DNA from: Raillietiella orientalis | Taxonomy: Eukaryota | Direction of reading: 5' to 3' | Assembly (NCBI GenBank): GCA_036172245.1 | Contig: JAYWIR010000022.1 | Span: 2,976,001-3,040,000, forward strand | DNA: 64,000 bases | Shown here: positions 1 through 13,980 of the stretch, in pieces | Position numbering within the stretch: the first letter of the stretch is position 1 | How the letters are laid out: each line of letters starts with the position of its first letter | Notes under the pieces: generated by a model | Databases searched by the model: none | Seen by the model: only the letters and a program-made list of their open reading frames with translations | Told to the model about the DNA's origin: nothing | Translations under genes and position numbers: made by a program

Positions 1-2514
1 GTCTGAATGCAAGCCGGCAGCGTAAAACATTCCAAGGTTTCAGAGCAGCAAAACTTCAAGAAGCTAATAGCAATAATTCCCTGATCACGAGCACTGGTAA
101 TTCTGCTCATCTCCCATGATTCGGCGTCTGTCCGCATCACCTATCGAACGAATCCATAGGAATCCCAATTTCAGCAAAAACTCCAGCCCAAGATGGGAAC
201 AGCTTACATGGAGTGACCTTATCAGCTTACAGGTTATTCTGTCCGACTCTGTCGGCAACACCCGTATTACTCAACGGGGACTCAACTCCAATCGAAGCGT
301 GTTCCTATATACATTACACATACTGTACTGTATATAGGAACGAAAGAGGCCCATCTTATTGGAACCACGTGGCAGTTTTCACAACTCCAATAGGTGACGT
401 GGTGAATTTCCTTTCATTCAGCAATCCTTTCATCTTTAGCAAATGAATTTTTTTTCACCATGCGATTCTGCCCTATAGTGCTAGGAGTCCATTTCTCCAA
501 CTCCATTTCGCTCTTAGCTGTCCGATAATCGATATGGTTTTCAGCACCTGAGTGCGCCGAAGCTAGGGCGTTTGGGGACCAGCTCCTACTTCCAGCATTG
601 GCTCCATGTGGGGCGAGTGCCGCGTCTTCGCCGCTTAACGATTCTCACCTTCGTGAGCAGCCATTTTGTGCAGAAACCACGTGGATTCACATAATCTGCA
701 AGGAATGCACGCGTAGCCCACTTTCCTAAATCACTCTCTCGCCGAATTTCCAAAGAACCCTCCACATGATGCTTTCGATGCTTTGAGAGAGAGAGGAAGG
801 GGGGTACACCACTGTGGTGCGGCCCGGTGCTCCCGAAACTTGCCGAGAACCGAACCAGGTGCTCTTTCCTCACAAAGGTGATGCAGATGAACTGCGTGCG
901 AGATTGATCTTGCCCGCGCTTTCGTTCCTCCCTGTCTGCCGGAAATCGGAATTTCCTCGTTTCCGAAGTGCCGAATGCAAATAGGAGCAGCAGCAGCAGC
1001 AGCAGCTACAGGGTCGAAGCGGTTGGGCAGGCCGCGACAAGAAATCGATGTCTGCAGCAGCAAGCTGCGCCGCCGTGCCTGGCTGCTGCTGCTGCTGCAT
1101 CGACCTAACGTCATCTCTGGATGAAATTTCTATCTGCGGGCAAGAAGAATTTCCGGGGGAAACCTGAGGGAAAAGCAGCGAGCATCAAATGTCAGATGGC
1201 GGTTCGCGCCATACGATAACCAATCTCCAGCGTGGGGTTTCTTTATCGCAGCACCGTGATTTGACAAGAAGAACCGACCGCCACCATTCGTTTGGTGAAC
1301 TCCAATCTTTAGATTCCGTGCATCCTGAGTTTTCCTTCCCTATATATATACCTACGTCTTGGCTTCCCCTGAATTTCGCTCGATTTCTTGGAAAGAACCG
1401 AAGAGCAAAGAAGGTTGGAGGGAGAAAAGGAAAGCGTTTGTTTCCGCTGCACTGCTTTTTCGTGGTTCACGAACCCGGGGAGATCTCCTTCACCTTCTTC
1501 TTCTTTCTTATTTGGATGTTACGGTGAACCTTACGGTATGTCACAGAGTTCCTCGGAATAAAAGCTGGCGTTGTGGAACTTTGAAGTAGATTCGATGGAA
1601 GGGTCTGATTCCTAAGACCCGCTGATAGGAAAGAATTCGATCTGGTCCTTCTTTCTTGAAACTGTAATGCTGAGCCCTCTGTAACGTCAAGCATTTAAAA
1701 AAGGAGCAATAGTTTGTGTGTGGGGGGGGGGATGAGGCAAAGACCTCAAACTTGCTCTGAGACAGAAACGCTCGTCAGAAATTCCTTTCAACCCGTTCCA
1801 TGAAAAAAAAAGCAAAAAAACAAAAAATGAAAATTGCCACTCAAGTGAGGAACATCCATAAAACAATTCTGGCACGCTTCCGAAACAAACTGACGAGAAT
1901 TCTTCCAGCTCCGAAGCAGTTTCGGATTGGCTGGAGCTGCGTTATATCAGAATGGGAAAAGAAAAAACGATCAAATGGTAAGGAGTCATCAGATACCAAC
2001 GGTTCCTCTGTGAGGTACAAATTTATCATTCCGTTAATCTCATCGCGTGATTATGGCTAAGAATGCAAACAACTAAATGACTTGCCATCCAGTTTAGAGG
2101 TCAGTGGAATCGTTTGGGTGCTGCTTTGGACCTTTCACCATGCTCTTCAAACACAAAGTAGCCAGTGATTGCTGAAGATTGAGCTGAGCGTGATTTGTTT
2201 GGAGCAGGGTATTGAAAGGAAAGGAGGGAGGTGTATTTCAATCTGTTTCAAGCGGATGAACGTTCGTTTTTGTTTTGCAGGGGTTGCATAAACCTTCGAT
2301 CCGACCCGAAAAATCTCTGCTCGGAGAAAGGTTATTCCATCCGAGTGCCCTGGCGGGCCGCAAGGGAACGCGAAGGGATGATAGCCGCAGGGTGTACAAG
2401 GGTGTCGGAGGGCAACGGACACGGGAGCACGGCTGGCATCCCAGTGTCTGTGCGTTTCGGAACACTTTCGGCACACGCTGCGCACCGCCGGCAGACCTTT
2501 ACAACCGCACTTAC

Positions 2515-3406
2515 CCCATCTCGATCTTCTTAGCCTCTTCCGTGGTCAGGTCCTTTTCCGCAGAATAATCGAGAATGGACTTGACCCCGCAGGTCCGCAA
2601 TCTCTCAACCAGCGGTTGGATTTTCTCGATGTCTTCTCCGGCCACGAACTGACCATAAAACGTCTCCTTCATGCACGTTTCGAAGATCCTACTGCCCAAG
2701 GTTTTCTCGGCAAGCTTCATGAGCTGCAAGGAGTCAGTTGCAAGGCATAAGTTCCAACGTCCAAATTCAAACCGGGAAAGCTCAAGCGCTCGCTGGAGGT
2801 GGATGTGAGTGCACACACAATGGGGACCTGCGCAGGGGATCCCCACCGCAAAACAACAGGGAAAGGACGTGGAGGGAAAATTCGAACGAAGGAATTTGCT
2901 CGGGCGAGGACGTCGTCGCCCATTTTCTTTTTCTTTTTTTTTTTTTTTCTTTTCTTTTCTTTCTCTTTCTGATAAACCGCGAATCGACAACAAAACGCGC
3001 ACGGTCACTTCCATTACTGTACACAGTACAAGTACACCGAGAGCGAAAAAGGAAAAGGACAATGCTTCCCAACAATGATTTTAGGATATAACAAAAAAAA
3101 TCTTACTGCCTTGCTATTGTTAACGAGATAATCAACGGAGCATAATTTGAAGACGATTAAGGCTCGCAAAACTTCCCACGTCGTTTTGTGTTTGTACGCT
3201 TCCCGATGGTTGCTGAAGCTCAGGTCCAGGGAATCCGCCTTGTTGCCGTACTTGTAGAAAGGATAAGCCTCAGAGAGCTCGTTCACAGAAGATTTCAAGT
3301 ACGGATCGTCTAGGTTACTTGTCCTTCTGTACAGGCTGAAGTGCTTCACAGATCGAAGAGCCGTGGTCCTCAGGTGAAACAGGAATCTGTCTGTCATCAG
3401 TTCCAT
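2515..3406 (-). CDS. PRODH: Proline dehydrogenase 1, mitochondrial (slgA-like); 5' two exons only
   Basis: Exon 1 is 3406-3107 (MELMTD...LDLSFSNHREAYKHKTTWEVLRALIVFKLCSVDYLVNNSKA, GTAAGA donor). Exon 2 is 2723-2515 (LMKLAEKTLGSRIFETCMKETFYGQFVAGED...LRTCGVKSILDYSAE, CAG acceptor, GTAAGT donor). These motifs are typical of the animal PRODH N-terminal half. I found no further exon in 1-2514, so the rest probably lies left of the window. Confidence 0.9.
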
Positions 3407-3632
3407 CAAGAGCAACGGGGGGAATTTACATCAATGCAGCGCACACACCAGTAACGAATTTTGCCTTGCCTTGCGAGGAGCACAAACTTTCGCTCTTTAA
3501 GTAGTGCCACCTCCTTAAATGGGAGAAAGCGTTCAATGCCAAAAATGACACACTGCGTCTGTGCTTATCTGTGCTTATTGGGAACCCTAGCTTCGTAAAA
3601 TGAACCAAGAACCAAACCAACTTGTAGCTTTT

Positions 3633-3671
<39 letters not shown>

Positions 3672-6600
3672 TCTGGGTTGGAGGGGGGGGGGGGCTTGGC
3701 CGCGCAGGGATATATATATATATTCAACATATAGAATATATCTTATTGGGCTTTCCGTTGTGGCCACACTGTCAAAAGGAAAAAAGAAAAAAAAGCAAGC
3801 ATCGAAAACATCACTGCAAGCCACCGCGAATAGGAAAAAACGACTGGCTGTTCGGTTTCGCTTCACTCCTATTGGAAACTTCCAAACATTTGGAACCGGC
3901 TGGAACAAATTAATGCCAGCGCAGAACACATGTACACATTTCGATGTACTAAAGGTCCTCCATCGTCCTCCATCGCCACTGCCTTTTTTTTTTTTTTTTT
4001 TTTTTTTCCTTGCTTTCTCGAATGGGTACTTCCATGGAACCGCCACGAATTTCCTTTGCCACAATAAACGCGTGTTCATAGATAGATTCGAAATCCTAGC
4101 AAACCCCATCCGTCCGTATTTCCACGAATCCATAAGCATGAGATGATAAAACGGGATCTACGTAGCACACGGAATTAAGGCAGGGAATTTCTCTTTAATT
4201 ACCCACGCTTGCTCCTCCTCATTTCAACATCAAGCAACTCAAATGAAGTTTACGTAGCATTTTATTAGAAAGAGAAGGGAAAAAAAGGAAACCCCAAAAA
4301 ACCATCAAAGAGGGAAATTGTTCTACAAGTTTGTTCTACATGCTGAAAATCATATCTGGATTGAACAAAGCCATGTACAAGGCAATCCTGACTCCGATCC
4401 AGGATAATATGTGCCCATGTTCATCCACACAAAAAAGTTCAAACCATCCCGAAAAACCTAAACATGTTTATCCCGTCATTTTTAACGTATACATCATGCC
4501 ACACATGTGCTTTTTCTTCTTTTTAATATGTAAGTGCACACGTAAGCTTTTAATGACTGGTTTAAAACTATTTTTTTTTTTTTTTAAATTAATAACGATC
4601 TTATTGGGAAAGCATTGCAAAATACAGTTGGAATTTCCATAGCTCGAACTTCTCTTTCTCGATAGCGGATGCTGATGCTGGAAACTGAATCTGATATCTC
4701 AAACATACAGTTAAAAAGCCCTTGCCAATGTCCACTCATCATACTTTCAGTTTTTCCAATTGCCACCATGGTGCGTATGCAAGCTTGTACCATTACAATT
4801 CTGTATTCCACGGCAAGGGGGAAAAAGAGCACAGGACGCTGTCAGGAATGAATAAGGGAAATGCAAGTGGAAACTTTGGAAGAGTTCACTTCCAATTTCA
4901 TGTAACGGAAAGTTAGTACATAAGAAAGGCTCGGAAAAGCATTCCTTTGTTCCAGGTGTTTGCTGTAAATTTTTCGAGTGACTCCCATCAAACTGGAAGC
5001 TCTCTAGAAAAGCCATTTTCCTCGTTATTTCGTAGGAATATTCTGCCAGAAGAGTAAGCCACTTCGAGAGAAACGCAGTTCCTTCTGTAAAATTTTGCAC
5101 TCCTGTAGGGGAATAATGACTCTTTGGTAGAAAGTGGTAGAGGTGATTATTTTCAGTAGGGGCTAAAAGTATTTTCCTGGAAACACTGCGATAAAAGCAA
5201 AGCACACTTCACCTTGGTAGGAGGCTTAGTACACAGATAGTATTAATAATGCCGATGCCATATTTATGGCAGATGTAAATTTCATATTATTTCATATAGC
5301 CGAAATGTAGTAGCTGGACTGCTAATAGTACACATTTGCAATTCTACACAGAAGTTGTTGAAAACCAGCCAGCTTATTCATCTTTGAAACCAGGGAGCCA
5401 ATGTAAGTAAGCAATGACGTGCCTGCAAATACTTGCTGGTCCCGATGGTTTGGCTTGACAAAAATTATTAAAGTTAGAAAAGCAGAAACATAAGAAAAAA
5501 CGCCAAAAGAACTTCCAAAAAGCATGCAATAGATAAGTCTCTCGAAACTCCGCGCTAATTTAGAGATCAAGTAGCAAAAGTTCGATTGAAGTAGAACCAG
5601 AAAACTGTAACCTGCGTCGAAAATCATAGTGCAAGAGAAAAAAATAGGTGAAAAATGCAAGAGAGAGTTTATTTTCTGATGACAAAAACTATTGCAACAT
5701 TTGTGAAGGCAAGCTTTTATTAGATCAACTTCTCAAGGGGAAAAAAAGAAAAACGCCACTTTTGTTTAAAAAAATAAAAATGCATATCACATGGAGTGGA
5801 CGGTTATCAAATGTTTTATGGAGTTCCCTCTGCTTGAAATTTCTGTAATTTATGTTCCAAGAAGGAACTGACAACAAAAGCATAGAATTCTCCTTGACTT
5901 CATGGCTGCAGAGGGAAGCTGTCCAAGACTGGAGTCCAGACTGCAGCACAATTAGACACAGGTCGAGCAAAGAGTCCAAAACATTTGTTTCAAAATGAAA
6001 ACACTCCACTCGAAGGGAAGAAATGTAAAGGCATTAAAATTACAGCTGGAGCCCAGAAACATTGCAAGAGATACAACTTAAAATGAAGAGGCTGCAAAGT
6101 AACTGGAGGTGGTAGCAGTTAATAGCATTTAATCTTTTCTGTGGAGCATGAGAAACTGAGAAACAAAGTAATGAGATGCAGCAGTGCACCAGGCTTTTGA
6201 TGAATATCAGCAATTTGCAGCCTTCCCTGGAATGTCAGTTCTGAGTAATTTGCGTCCAATGCAACCGTGGATTCACAAGTGAACAATTTAGCTATCATGG
6301 TTTTGTGGTTACCAAGTCCACTCACTACCTCTCCATATGGCTCAAAGAACTATTTTTGCATTGAAAAAAAAAAAAAAAATTCTCTCTTAATGTCCTTAAA
6401 TGTATCCAGATTTGCTGAATACTAAAGTATTTTTTCTTCTTTGGAAAACAGGAACTTTGCAAAAGTTATCGAATATTCTCAAGCTTCTTCTTTATATAAT
6501 CATTTGTTTTCCCTGTATAATCATTAGCCTCATTGCAAAGTTTGTTAATACGGCGTTTGCTGGGATAAATTTTTTTTTAGTGTGTGCTTTTTGTAGAGGT

Positions 6601-7578
6601 TAATTGGTCGTCTTTCACCTACGAGGTCTCTTTGGATTCGAAATTTCAGACTTCTCGATTCCGAGGCGCCTTGTGATTCTCAACACATGAAACTCTTCCT
6701 TGTTCTATCCAGCTCTCTCCTCAAAGAGTTGAGAAAAAGCCTTGACCTCTGTGCGCTCTACAACACTTGCTCCAGTGACCCTCAACTCGAATCACTTGAC
6801 TGAATCTTTCGTTTCAATAAAATAATTCATCGTTCCATCAGGTTTCATAGCACACTGCCTGTGCACACTGCACAGGGAAAGAATTTCATTTTAAACAATG
6901 GACAACGGACATTTAGTACACTATTACTTCCGGAAATCAGTAGTAGCACTGTCTCCAAGATAGAATTAGGTACGTTCCCTCCCAGAGGTATGATCTTGAA
7001 AATTACGATTTCCTTTTTAAAAACGAGTGATTCTCTCATTCTTCTTCCTTGGGACTTTTTAACTAATCGGAAATAGCGGTTCAAAAATAGAGTCTTTTAA
7101 GCATGAAACAGGAAGAAAAGAAGAAAAAAAAAAACAGATAGTGTGTTAAAATCTCGCGTGCTGAAACCGGATTCTAACGAAGACCGGAGCTCATGAAACT
7201 GGTCGGTATCATTGGAAAAGAGAGAGTCTTCTGAAGTATATTTTTAGCTGCCATAGGAATTGCTTTTCCCATTCACTGCTTGCCTAGCAAACCCTTGCTA
7301 CCTCCCCTAGGTACAGGAATGGAATTTTGAATTCTCTGAGGAGCCCCCAAGCCTTTGGTCAATACTTTCACATGGAAACTGGTATTTGGCAACTGTTCCT
7401 GAAGCTTACGTTGGCTCTGTCCATAAGTGGCTGGCTGGTTCCCATTCTAACGCATAATTCATTCGCATTTTGCTGAAGAATTCCGGGATGGGATACGTGT
7501 GGATGGGGACGACGTCTAAATAAGTGGCTTGGGTTTGTACACCCATCGCTGCTATTCCCTTCGTTGAGTGTTCCAGAC

Positions 7579-7580
<2 letters not shown>

Positions 7581-7612
<32 letters not shown>
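7581..7612. repeat. (TA)n microsatellite
   Basis: Uninterrupted ATATAT run. Confidence 0.9.
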
Positions 7613-7615
<3 letters not shown>

Positions 7616-9049
7616 TAATATTTGCAATCCGAAGTCTTTCCAGATCACACAGTTCTTGCCATGGCATGGGATCAGTTCCCCAAGGAAGATCTGAATATTC
7701 AACAAGAATTTTTTCTTTTTTTCTTTCTTCCATTTCGGATGTTGCTTAAGTAACATCTAGCCGTCCTTGAAGCACGAGGTGAGACGTAATAAGCCGATGA
7801 CGTTTTTCTTTTTTTGTTCAATCTTGGAGAGAAAAAAAACGCTTGGAATGCCGATAAAAAAAAAGAAAAGAAAAGAAAAGAAATCGGTTAAATTAGCAGT
7901 GATCGTGATGCATGCTAATTGCTCTCAATATGGAGTGCTCATAATCACGGCCGTTCTAGGAGGATTCGAGAATCGGGCACGAGACTCGTATACCACACCT
8001 GTTTAAATACGAATGTCTATGTGCCCGTGCCTTACATATAAGAATACATTACCTCACATTACACACATAAGAAAATCAGATTGGAGAAGTTGTGGTCTTC
8101 AAATAGTGGAGAGGCCGCTGCAGTTTAGCAGGTTGCGGCTCACGCTGAGGAAATATTTCAACAGAAACACTTGCAAACAAATGGCTGGATATCCTGCGTG
8201 TTGGTCACTGTGACCTGAGCTCAGCACCAGATCAAACGGAATTCCTGCAAAAAAGAGGAAAAAAAAAAAAATCCGACCGTGAGAAAAGGGAAAAATTCGT
8301 CCTCCCTTCGTAAGCTCGAAAAATTAGAATGGTTCGTTTCCCTTTGGGGTTTCGTAATCTCCCAAGAACGAACCTTCTCTATTAAAATACTGCATTGTCA
8401 ATGGATTTCCTATGTACAAACGTTCCTACAGGGCAACTGGTTCGAAATCTAATTCAAAGTTTATATATTTGAACCAAGATACTCTTCAATAAAGATAGTT
8501 GTAAATGAAATGGAAAAATCTCCCCATTGAGGAGGAGGGGGATGTGCAACTTCGGAGTTCTTCACAGAAGAAAGGTGAAAAAGATGGCTCACATATCTTG
8601 ACACCCTAACCTCTTTATAGCGCACATCTACCTTGAGGGCCGTTGAAGACGAAGAGCAGTAGTTCAAGATTTACAGATTTCGGAATAATCCAGCAAGGAT
8701 TGCCGAAAGTGCTCCGATGGAAAAAGTGTCCCTTGACCCTCACAAGCCTTTGGGAGCCTGTGACTGTTTAGAAAGGAGTTGCTTCCACAGAGAAGTAATA
8801 AAACGAAAAGCCCCTGGTGGCTAAGTTCGAAAATTCCGACTCTGTCCCTCAGCGGCCATTGCGATTTCCGGTGGGAAAAAACGAAATCTCGAACCAGCTG
8901 GACGAGGAAAGCGTGAATTCTTGCGAGGGAAAATATTTCGTGGGATGGCTGCTGGCCCGGTTCCTCTTTTGGTAGTTTCGCCAAGATGTACGAAGACATC
9001 TCGGGAGCAGGAAGCACCAAATCTAAGAGGTGGGTGACAATATACAACC

Positions 9050-9260
9050 TAAAAATAGTGACATGCTGGATTAAGCATCTAAAAATAATACGGACCGGAT
9101 ATCCTCAGTGGCAACTCAGAAGGGAAATAAAGGAAAACAGTGGTAAATCATGGTCACTAATGATTACGACACCAAATGGTTATCAGTTCTGTATACCGCT
9201 ACCGGAGCGTACCGCGGCCTGCTCAAAGTACAATGAGTACACTGTTTCATTGATTCGCTG
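9050..9260 (+). mobile_element. Possible Penelope-like element remnant
   Basis: KHLKIIRTGYPQWQL resembles the HL...NGYP segment that follows RT in Penelope-like elements. It is weak and rests on one motif. Confidence 0.25.
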
Positions 9261-11499
9261 CGTGCTCAATATGAATAAAGTCAGAGTCATCGATGGAAAA
9301 GAAACAGAAGGATGGACTGAGGCATCGACAGGTAAAGCATGGAAATCTCAGCATTTTCAAAAGAAGAAATGAGCAGCGACTTCCATTATCGCGGGAATCA
9401 CTGAGGGATGAGTTGCTGCCTTCTGCGAGTTCCAGCAGTTCACATAGGGCCAAATCCCTGGGGATAAGCGAAATTGGTAAATTCCGGATCCGTCCGTTCG
9501 TCTGCATCGACTAAGTAAGGAAGCACATGAACGGAGGTTATTGCACGTCTCTTAGAACCTGGTCTTCTGAACATAAATTTTTTCCCGAACTAGTTGGGAA
9601 CTAGTTGGGCTGGTGATAACCAACCACATGCAATGGTTCTTGTAAACCTGACACTGGAGCAATTCGTTCCTCTCATAGGCGCACAGACGCATCGGGAACA
9701 GATGAGTTCACTCCTACGGAAGGAAATGTTGCATTTCTCAGAATTGCTTTTTGATTCCAGGCAAAAGTTCGGGATCTTGGCGACGGATGGGATCTGCGGA
9801 AGAAAGTAACATTTGTTACTTCCATGTGGTGCAGAATGACTTCAGAGCTTAGGAGTTCTCACATGCTTGTTAGAAACCAAAAGGGGGAGTCCTGGTTCCA
9901 CCATGGGCTTGATTTCCCTGATCGCTATGAAGAAGCCAATGGTCTTTCTTTTGCAATAACTTCTTTTTGAACTTTCCGATTCTCATGCTATCATCTATAT
10001 AACGTTAGGATGCCTTCTGCTTCTTTCTTGCTTTTTCTTTTTTTTTTTTTTTACTAATTGCAAAACGAACAGTTTATTCTTCCAGCATGCGCATAGACTC
10101 ATCACAAAAAACGTCATTTAGTACGTGTTCTGCCGATACCAACACGTTTTACTGAACAAACATCTCGAAGGCTCTCAGATAAGATGAGATTAATTGCAAA
10201 CGGAATTTTTGGTTTCTCAATTACGATATGCACTTCGCAGAACTGTTTTTCCCTTTTTACGTAAGAATACACTTATCTGTACATCAGCTTTGAGTTGTTG
10301 AAAGCAGCAAACTGGCAGCACAGTGGAAAGACAAGATTTTACAGGTTTCGTACACCATCGATCCCCGGCGAATGTGCTGACCGCAAGATGCCCCTGTATC
10401 GTATTAACAAACTGTACCTGTCTGTCTCTTGCTTCCTGATAAACTGAGTGTGGAGATGATTGCTTCATATTAGTGGCAATCGGTCACCTCTTCCAATCGT
10501 AGTGAAAGTTGATGTCGCGATTGCTACCAGAGACACCATCTTACAACACGAGTCTCCAACACAACAGACATTCTTGGTTCCCATTAGCTGCTTTTCGGAA
10601 GAGGAACCTCGGCAACGGCACGTAAGTTTCGGTGAGGACCAAACCCTCAGGAATTGTGATGAACACAGGAACCACGTTTTTTTGACCACAGATTCTTAAC
10701 GACTTGGAAACATTGCCATTGGTTTGATGTTGGTTGGGATTCAGGATGTAGTCTATCCGTTTGCAAGCCAGTGGAGCAAAACAAACAGCCACACAAGTCT
10801 AGAACCTTTTCTGAACTTGAAAATTAAAAACTCAACTGTAAATGCTACATGATGCTCTGTGAAGCGATTGCCCACCTTCCCGACAGCCAGGCAAGCTTTG
10901 CAGAGGAATTTTCTGAGCTAGAAAACGGAGAGGGAAAGAGAGGGAGTATAGTAATCATGCTTTCTTTTATTCATGAGATCCCATATCTTTCTTGGATTTC
11001 TTTCCTCTGAAATTGTGAAGTTATTACCAAGAAAATTTTCATCAGAATGGAAAGAATGTACTATGGTCTTTTTCCAGTTGTTTAAATCAATGAGAACGAC
11101 TGAATTTCAGGATTCCGGCAGAGGCTAGTCTATCTTTTTTACAATTTCCATCAATTGGTGAGAAGGGCATCCATTTCCCCCTTCCTTTTCGTAGCCTGAT
11201 CAGAGTTGCTAAATTCGCCCAACTCTGTCATCTCTGTCAAGACTAATGGATACTGTATTCGAACCATCCAAGAAGTTTTCAACAGCAAACTCTCTCGCTT
11301 TCCTTACAACATGCGAACTCCTAACAGAACTGTGGAAAACAGGAGGGGTGCCTCAGCAATCTTTTTTTTTTTCTTCTTCTCTGCTCTTGAGGAAGAGTTT
11401 AATGAAAATGCAAAGTCATGTGTGTGTATATGTTTTGAATTTCAAGATGTATGCGAACCCTTGAATAGGTTTGTAAATCAAGTAATGAGTCCTTCTCGT

Positions 11500-12850
11500 T
11501 TCAATCTTCGACGTAATTTGGGAACCTTGCTGTACCAAATGGCATCTGATACTTCACAGATGAGCCGACAAGATAATCGGAGATTCGACAGCATTGTATA
11601 TGATAGCTTAACATCATCGGCAGTTAACGATATCTATCGAGTTCATGATTATCTTCCCTCATGGGAGAAAACAGGCTTCTTCAAATTGTGTTTGTCTCTA
11701 AGAGTAAAAGCCTTCACCAACAGAGCGGATGCTTGCGGAAGAATCTGCTGGCTAATGCGCAGTTGACTACTGTTTTTGCTTTCATTGGATAAGTAGTGCG
11801 TTTCACTATACTGTGTTGTTACACACATTTCTCAATACTTTAAAATCCAAGAAGAAATTATCTTTAATTTCTCAATATATATATTTTTCAATTTATTATA
11901 ACAGCGCTGTCAGGCACCAGCCATTCCCTTTTGTTAAGAAGCCTGCCCATCCTAATGCTAAGCTTATGTATTTGCCTATGGAAATCGAGAACGTACTTTC
12001 ATTCCTATGATCCATCTTGCTGTTCTCTTAAACACACACTTTTTTCTTTCAGAAGTTTTTTTTTTGTGTGTGCGAAGAAAACTAATCTATCAAAAAACTG
12101 CAATATGTGCTCATGCAACAGACAACTGCATTGCATCTTACGGTATTCCTAGAGAGTTCCACAATGTGTTCGCTATGTAGCATAACAAGCTCATTACAAA
12201 ACAAGAAGCACATTGCTTCTGAAGACCAGCAAATCCACACTTACACGAATCAAGGTAATTGCAAATAAGAATGGGAAAAAGGTTAAGACTATACAGTCTG
12301 TGCATGTTAACAATATACATGCATGCAACTATGGGGAGCGTTAGATGAAATGTACAGGAAGTATACAAATTTAAGAAAACGTTCCATGGACTGTACCTGT
12401 ATGCATGCCATTTCCGTCAATGGAAACAACTGTTTTTACTTAGGCAACCTGACATTTACATCCTATGATCTTCGATGAAGAAATGTGAAAGACGGACGTG
12501 CAAAAAAACATCTATTTGATCAAGTTCTTCGGGTGTCTCTCTAAGTAGCATGTTTCTCGTTTGAGATATGAAACTCTGTTTCGCCATAATGTCTATTAAT
12601 GGGAACTAAATTAACTGGGTTTTCCCAAATTCTCCAATCCTCTTAATTTTCATAGTAGATGAAGCTGGAGCTCATCTTCTTCCAGAAAGTCGATTTGACC
12701 TGATCTTTGAGATCCTGGCAGAATCCTGGCAGGATGTATTTTTTCAAAATTATGCCTAGCTTCTGGAGTTCTTAAAATTCTAATTGGAAAGATCAGGAGG
12801 GTCTAGAAAATCTCAGGTGGCACTTCTGCTATGGCATTCTTCTTTATCGT
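11500..12850 (-). mobile_element. Decayed non-LTR retrotransposon reverse transcriptase fragments
   Basis: Frameshifted minus-strand pieces occur in RT order: PVNLVP (~12620, cf. RPISL), ELDQ (~12515, cf. DQxGF), VSID...AYRYSPWNVFL (~12420-12370, cf. SLDxxKAFDxVxW) and LTADDVKL (~11620, cf. FADD). Confidence 0.4.
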
Positions 12851-13749
12851 GAACTATTAGATTCACAATTTGTTAGTGAAAGTGGAGGCTCCTCTTCTAT
12901 GCTATTTCAATCAGCTTTACCATGCACAAATATTCAACTGTGGTACGAAAGACTGCGATGAATGTTTGACAGATACAAACTTATTAGCTAAAGACTCTGT
13001 TTCTTTCTATTGATTAGGAAATACTTCCTTTTATCTTTCTTTACCAATAAAGCCGATTCCGCCATTTCTATTTTTCTTGAATAGGTTTGTACAGTGTATT
13101 GGAATGACCAGGAGCAACCCTGTCGCTTAAATCGTGTCAAGTGGCAATCGTTTGTGTGAAAGTGCAGTAATATTATTATTGTTAAACTAAGATTGTCTAC
13201 TCGTTTATAAATACATATTTATAAGTACTGTTCTATTTCAAAGCAAGCAGCTAGTGCAGTCAGGTGTAGAATAAAAACAACAATTTTGCTTCTGTGATCT
13301 CGACATTGAAAGATTCCCTTCTGTATTCAGCAAACGATGCTAAATATCAACCGTGGAAACATAAGCTTGTAAATAGCAACTTTGTAATGTCTGTTCGTGT
13401 GAAAAAAAAAAATCCCATATCCATGCAGTTCGAATCAGTGAAGTGCCATACCGGAGTAGCATTCATCTAAAACGACAGCCGAAATCTTGTATGAAGGTGA
13501 AAAAAATAATTTCCTTGAACTCCATTTCCATTTCCATGAAGCAGATTGTGTGAGCGCATGTAATAAATAAATCTCCTGTTAACAGCAACTGACGGATATT
13601 AACTATTTGTGTTTCCAAGATTTAGGGAACTATAAATGATATATATAAGGGGAATCTTTGGTGATTCCTTTACATTACAGCTCAAGAATTCAGTGGTGTG
13701 GGGAACAACCGTGCAACGAAGACATCCTGGATGGGGGGGGGGAGGTTTA

Positions 13750-13980
13750 ACCGAAGAACACACTTTTTAATCAAGAATGCACCGATTTCAACTTCCACTT
13801 CCCTTAACTTCATCAACTTTTGTCAATATTCTACTACGATCTCCTACGACACAATGTTTTTACCGGTAGCCATAGCATTGACAGTACTTTGATTCTTAAA
13901 GAACAGATTCCGTCGTACAGTCTCTTAGTATGCCTTCAGTATTCATCGAGTCGTTGACTCCATTGTCTTTCTACTGAGAT
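13750..13980 (+). mobile_element. Possible Penelope-like RT C-terminal remnant
   Basis: SLNFINF followed, after a frameshift, by FYR*P*H*QYFDS resembles LxFLD...VYRKPTHTxxYL. Confidence 0.3.

Noticed and set aside
1..2514. Further PRODH exons
   Set aside because: The expected downstream motifs (ARTYFY, IKLTALG) were not found on the minus strand, so this is treated as intron.
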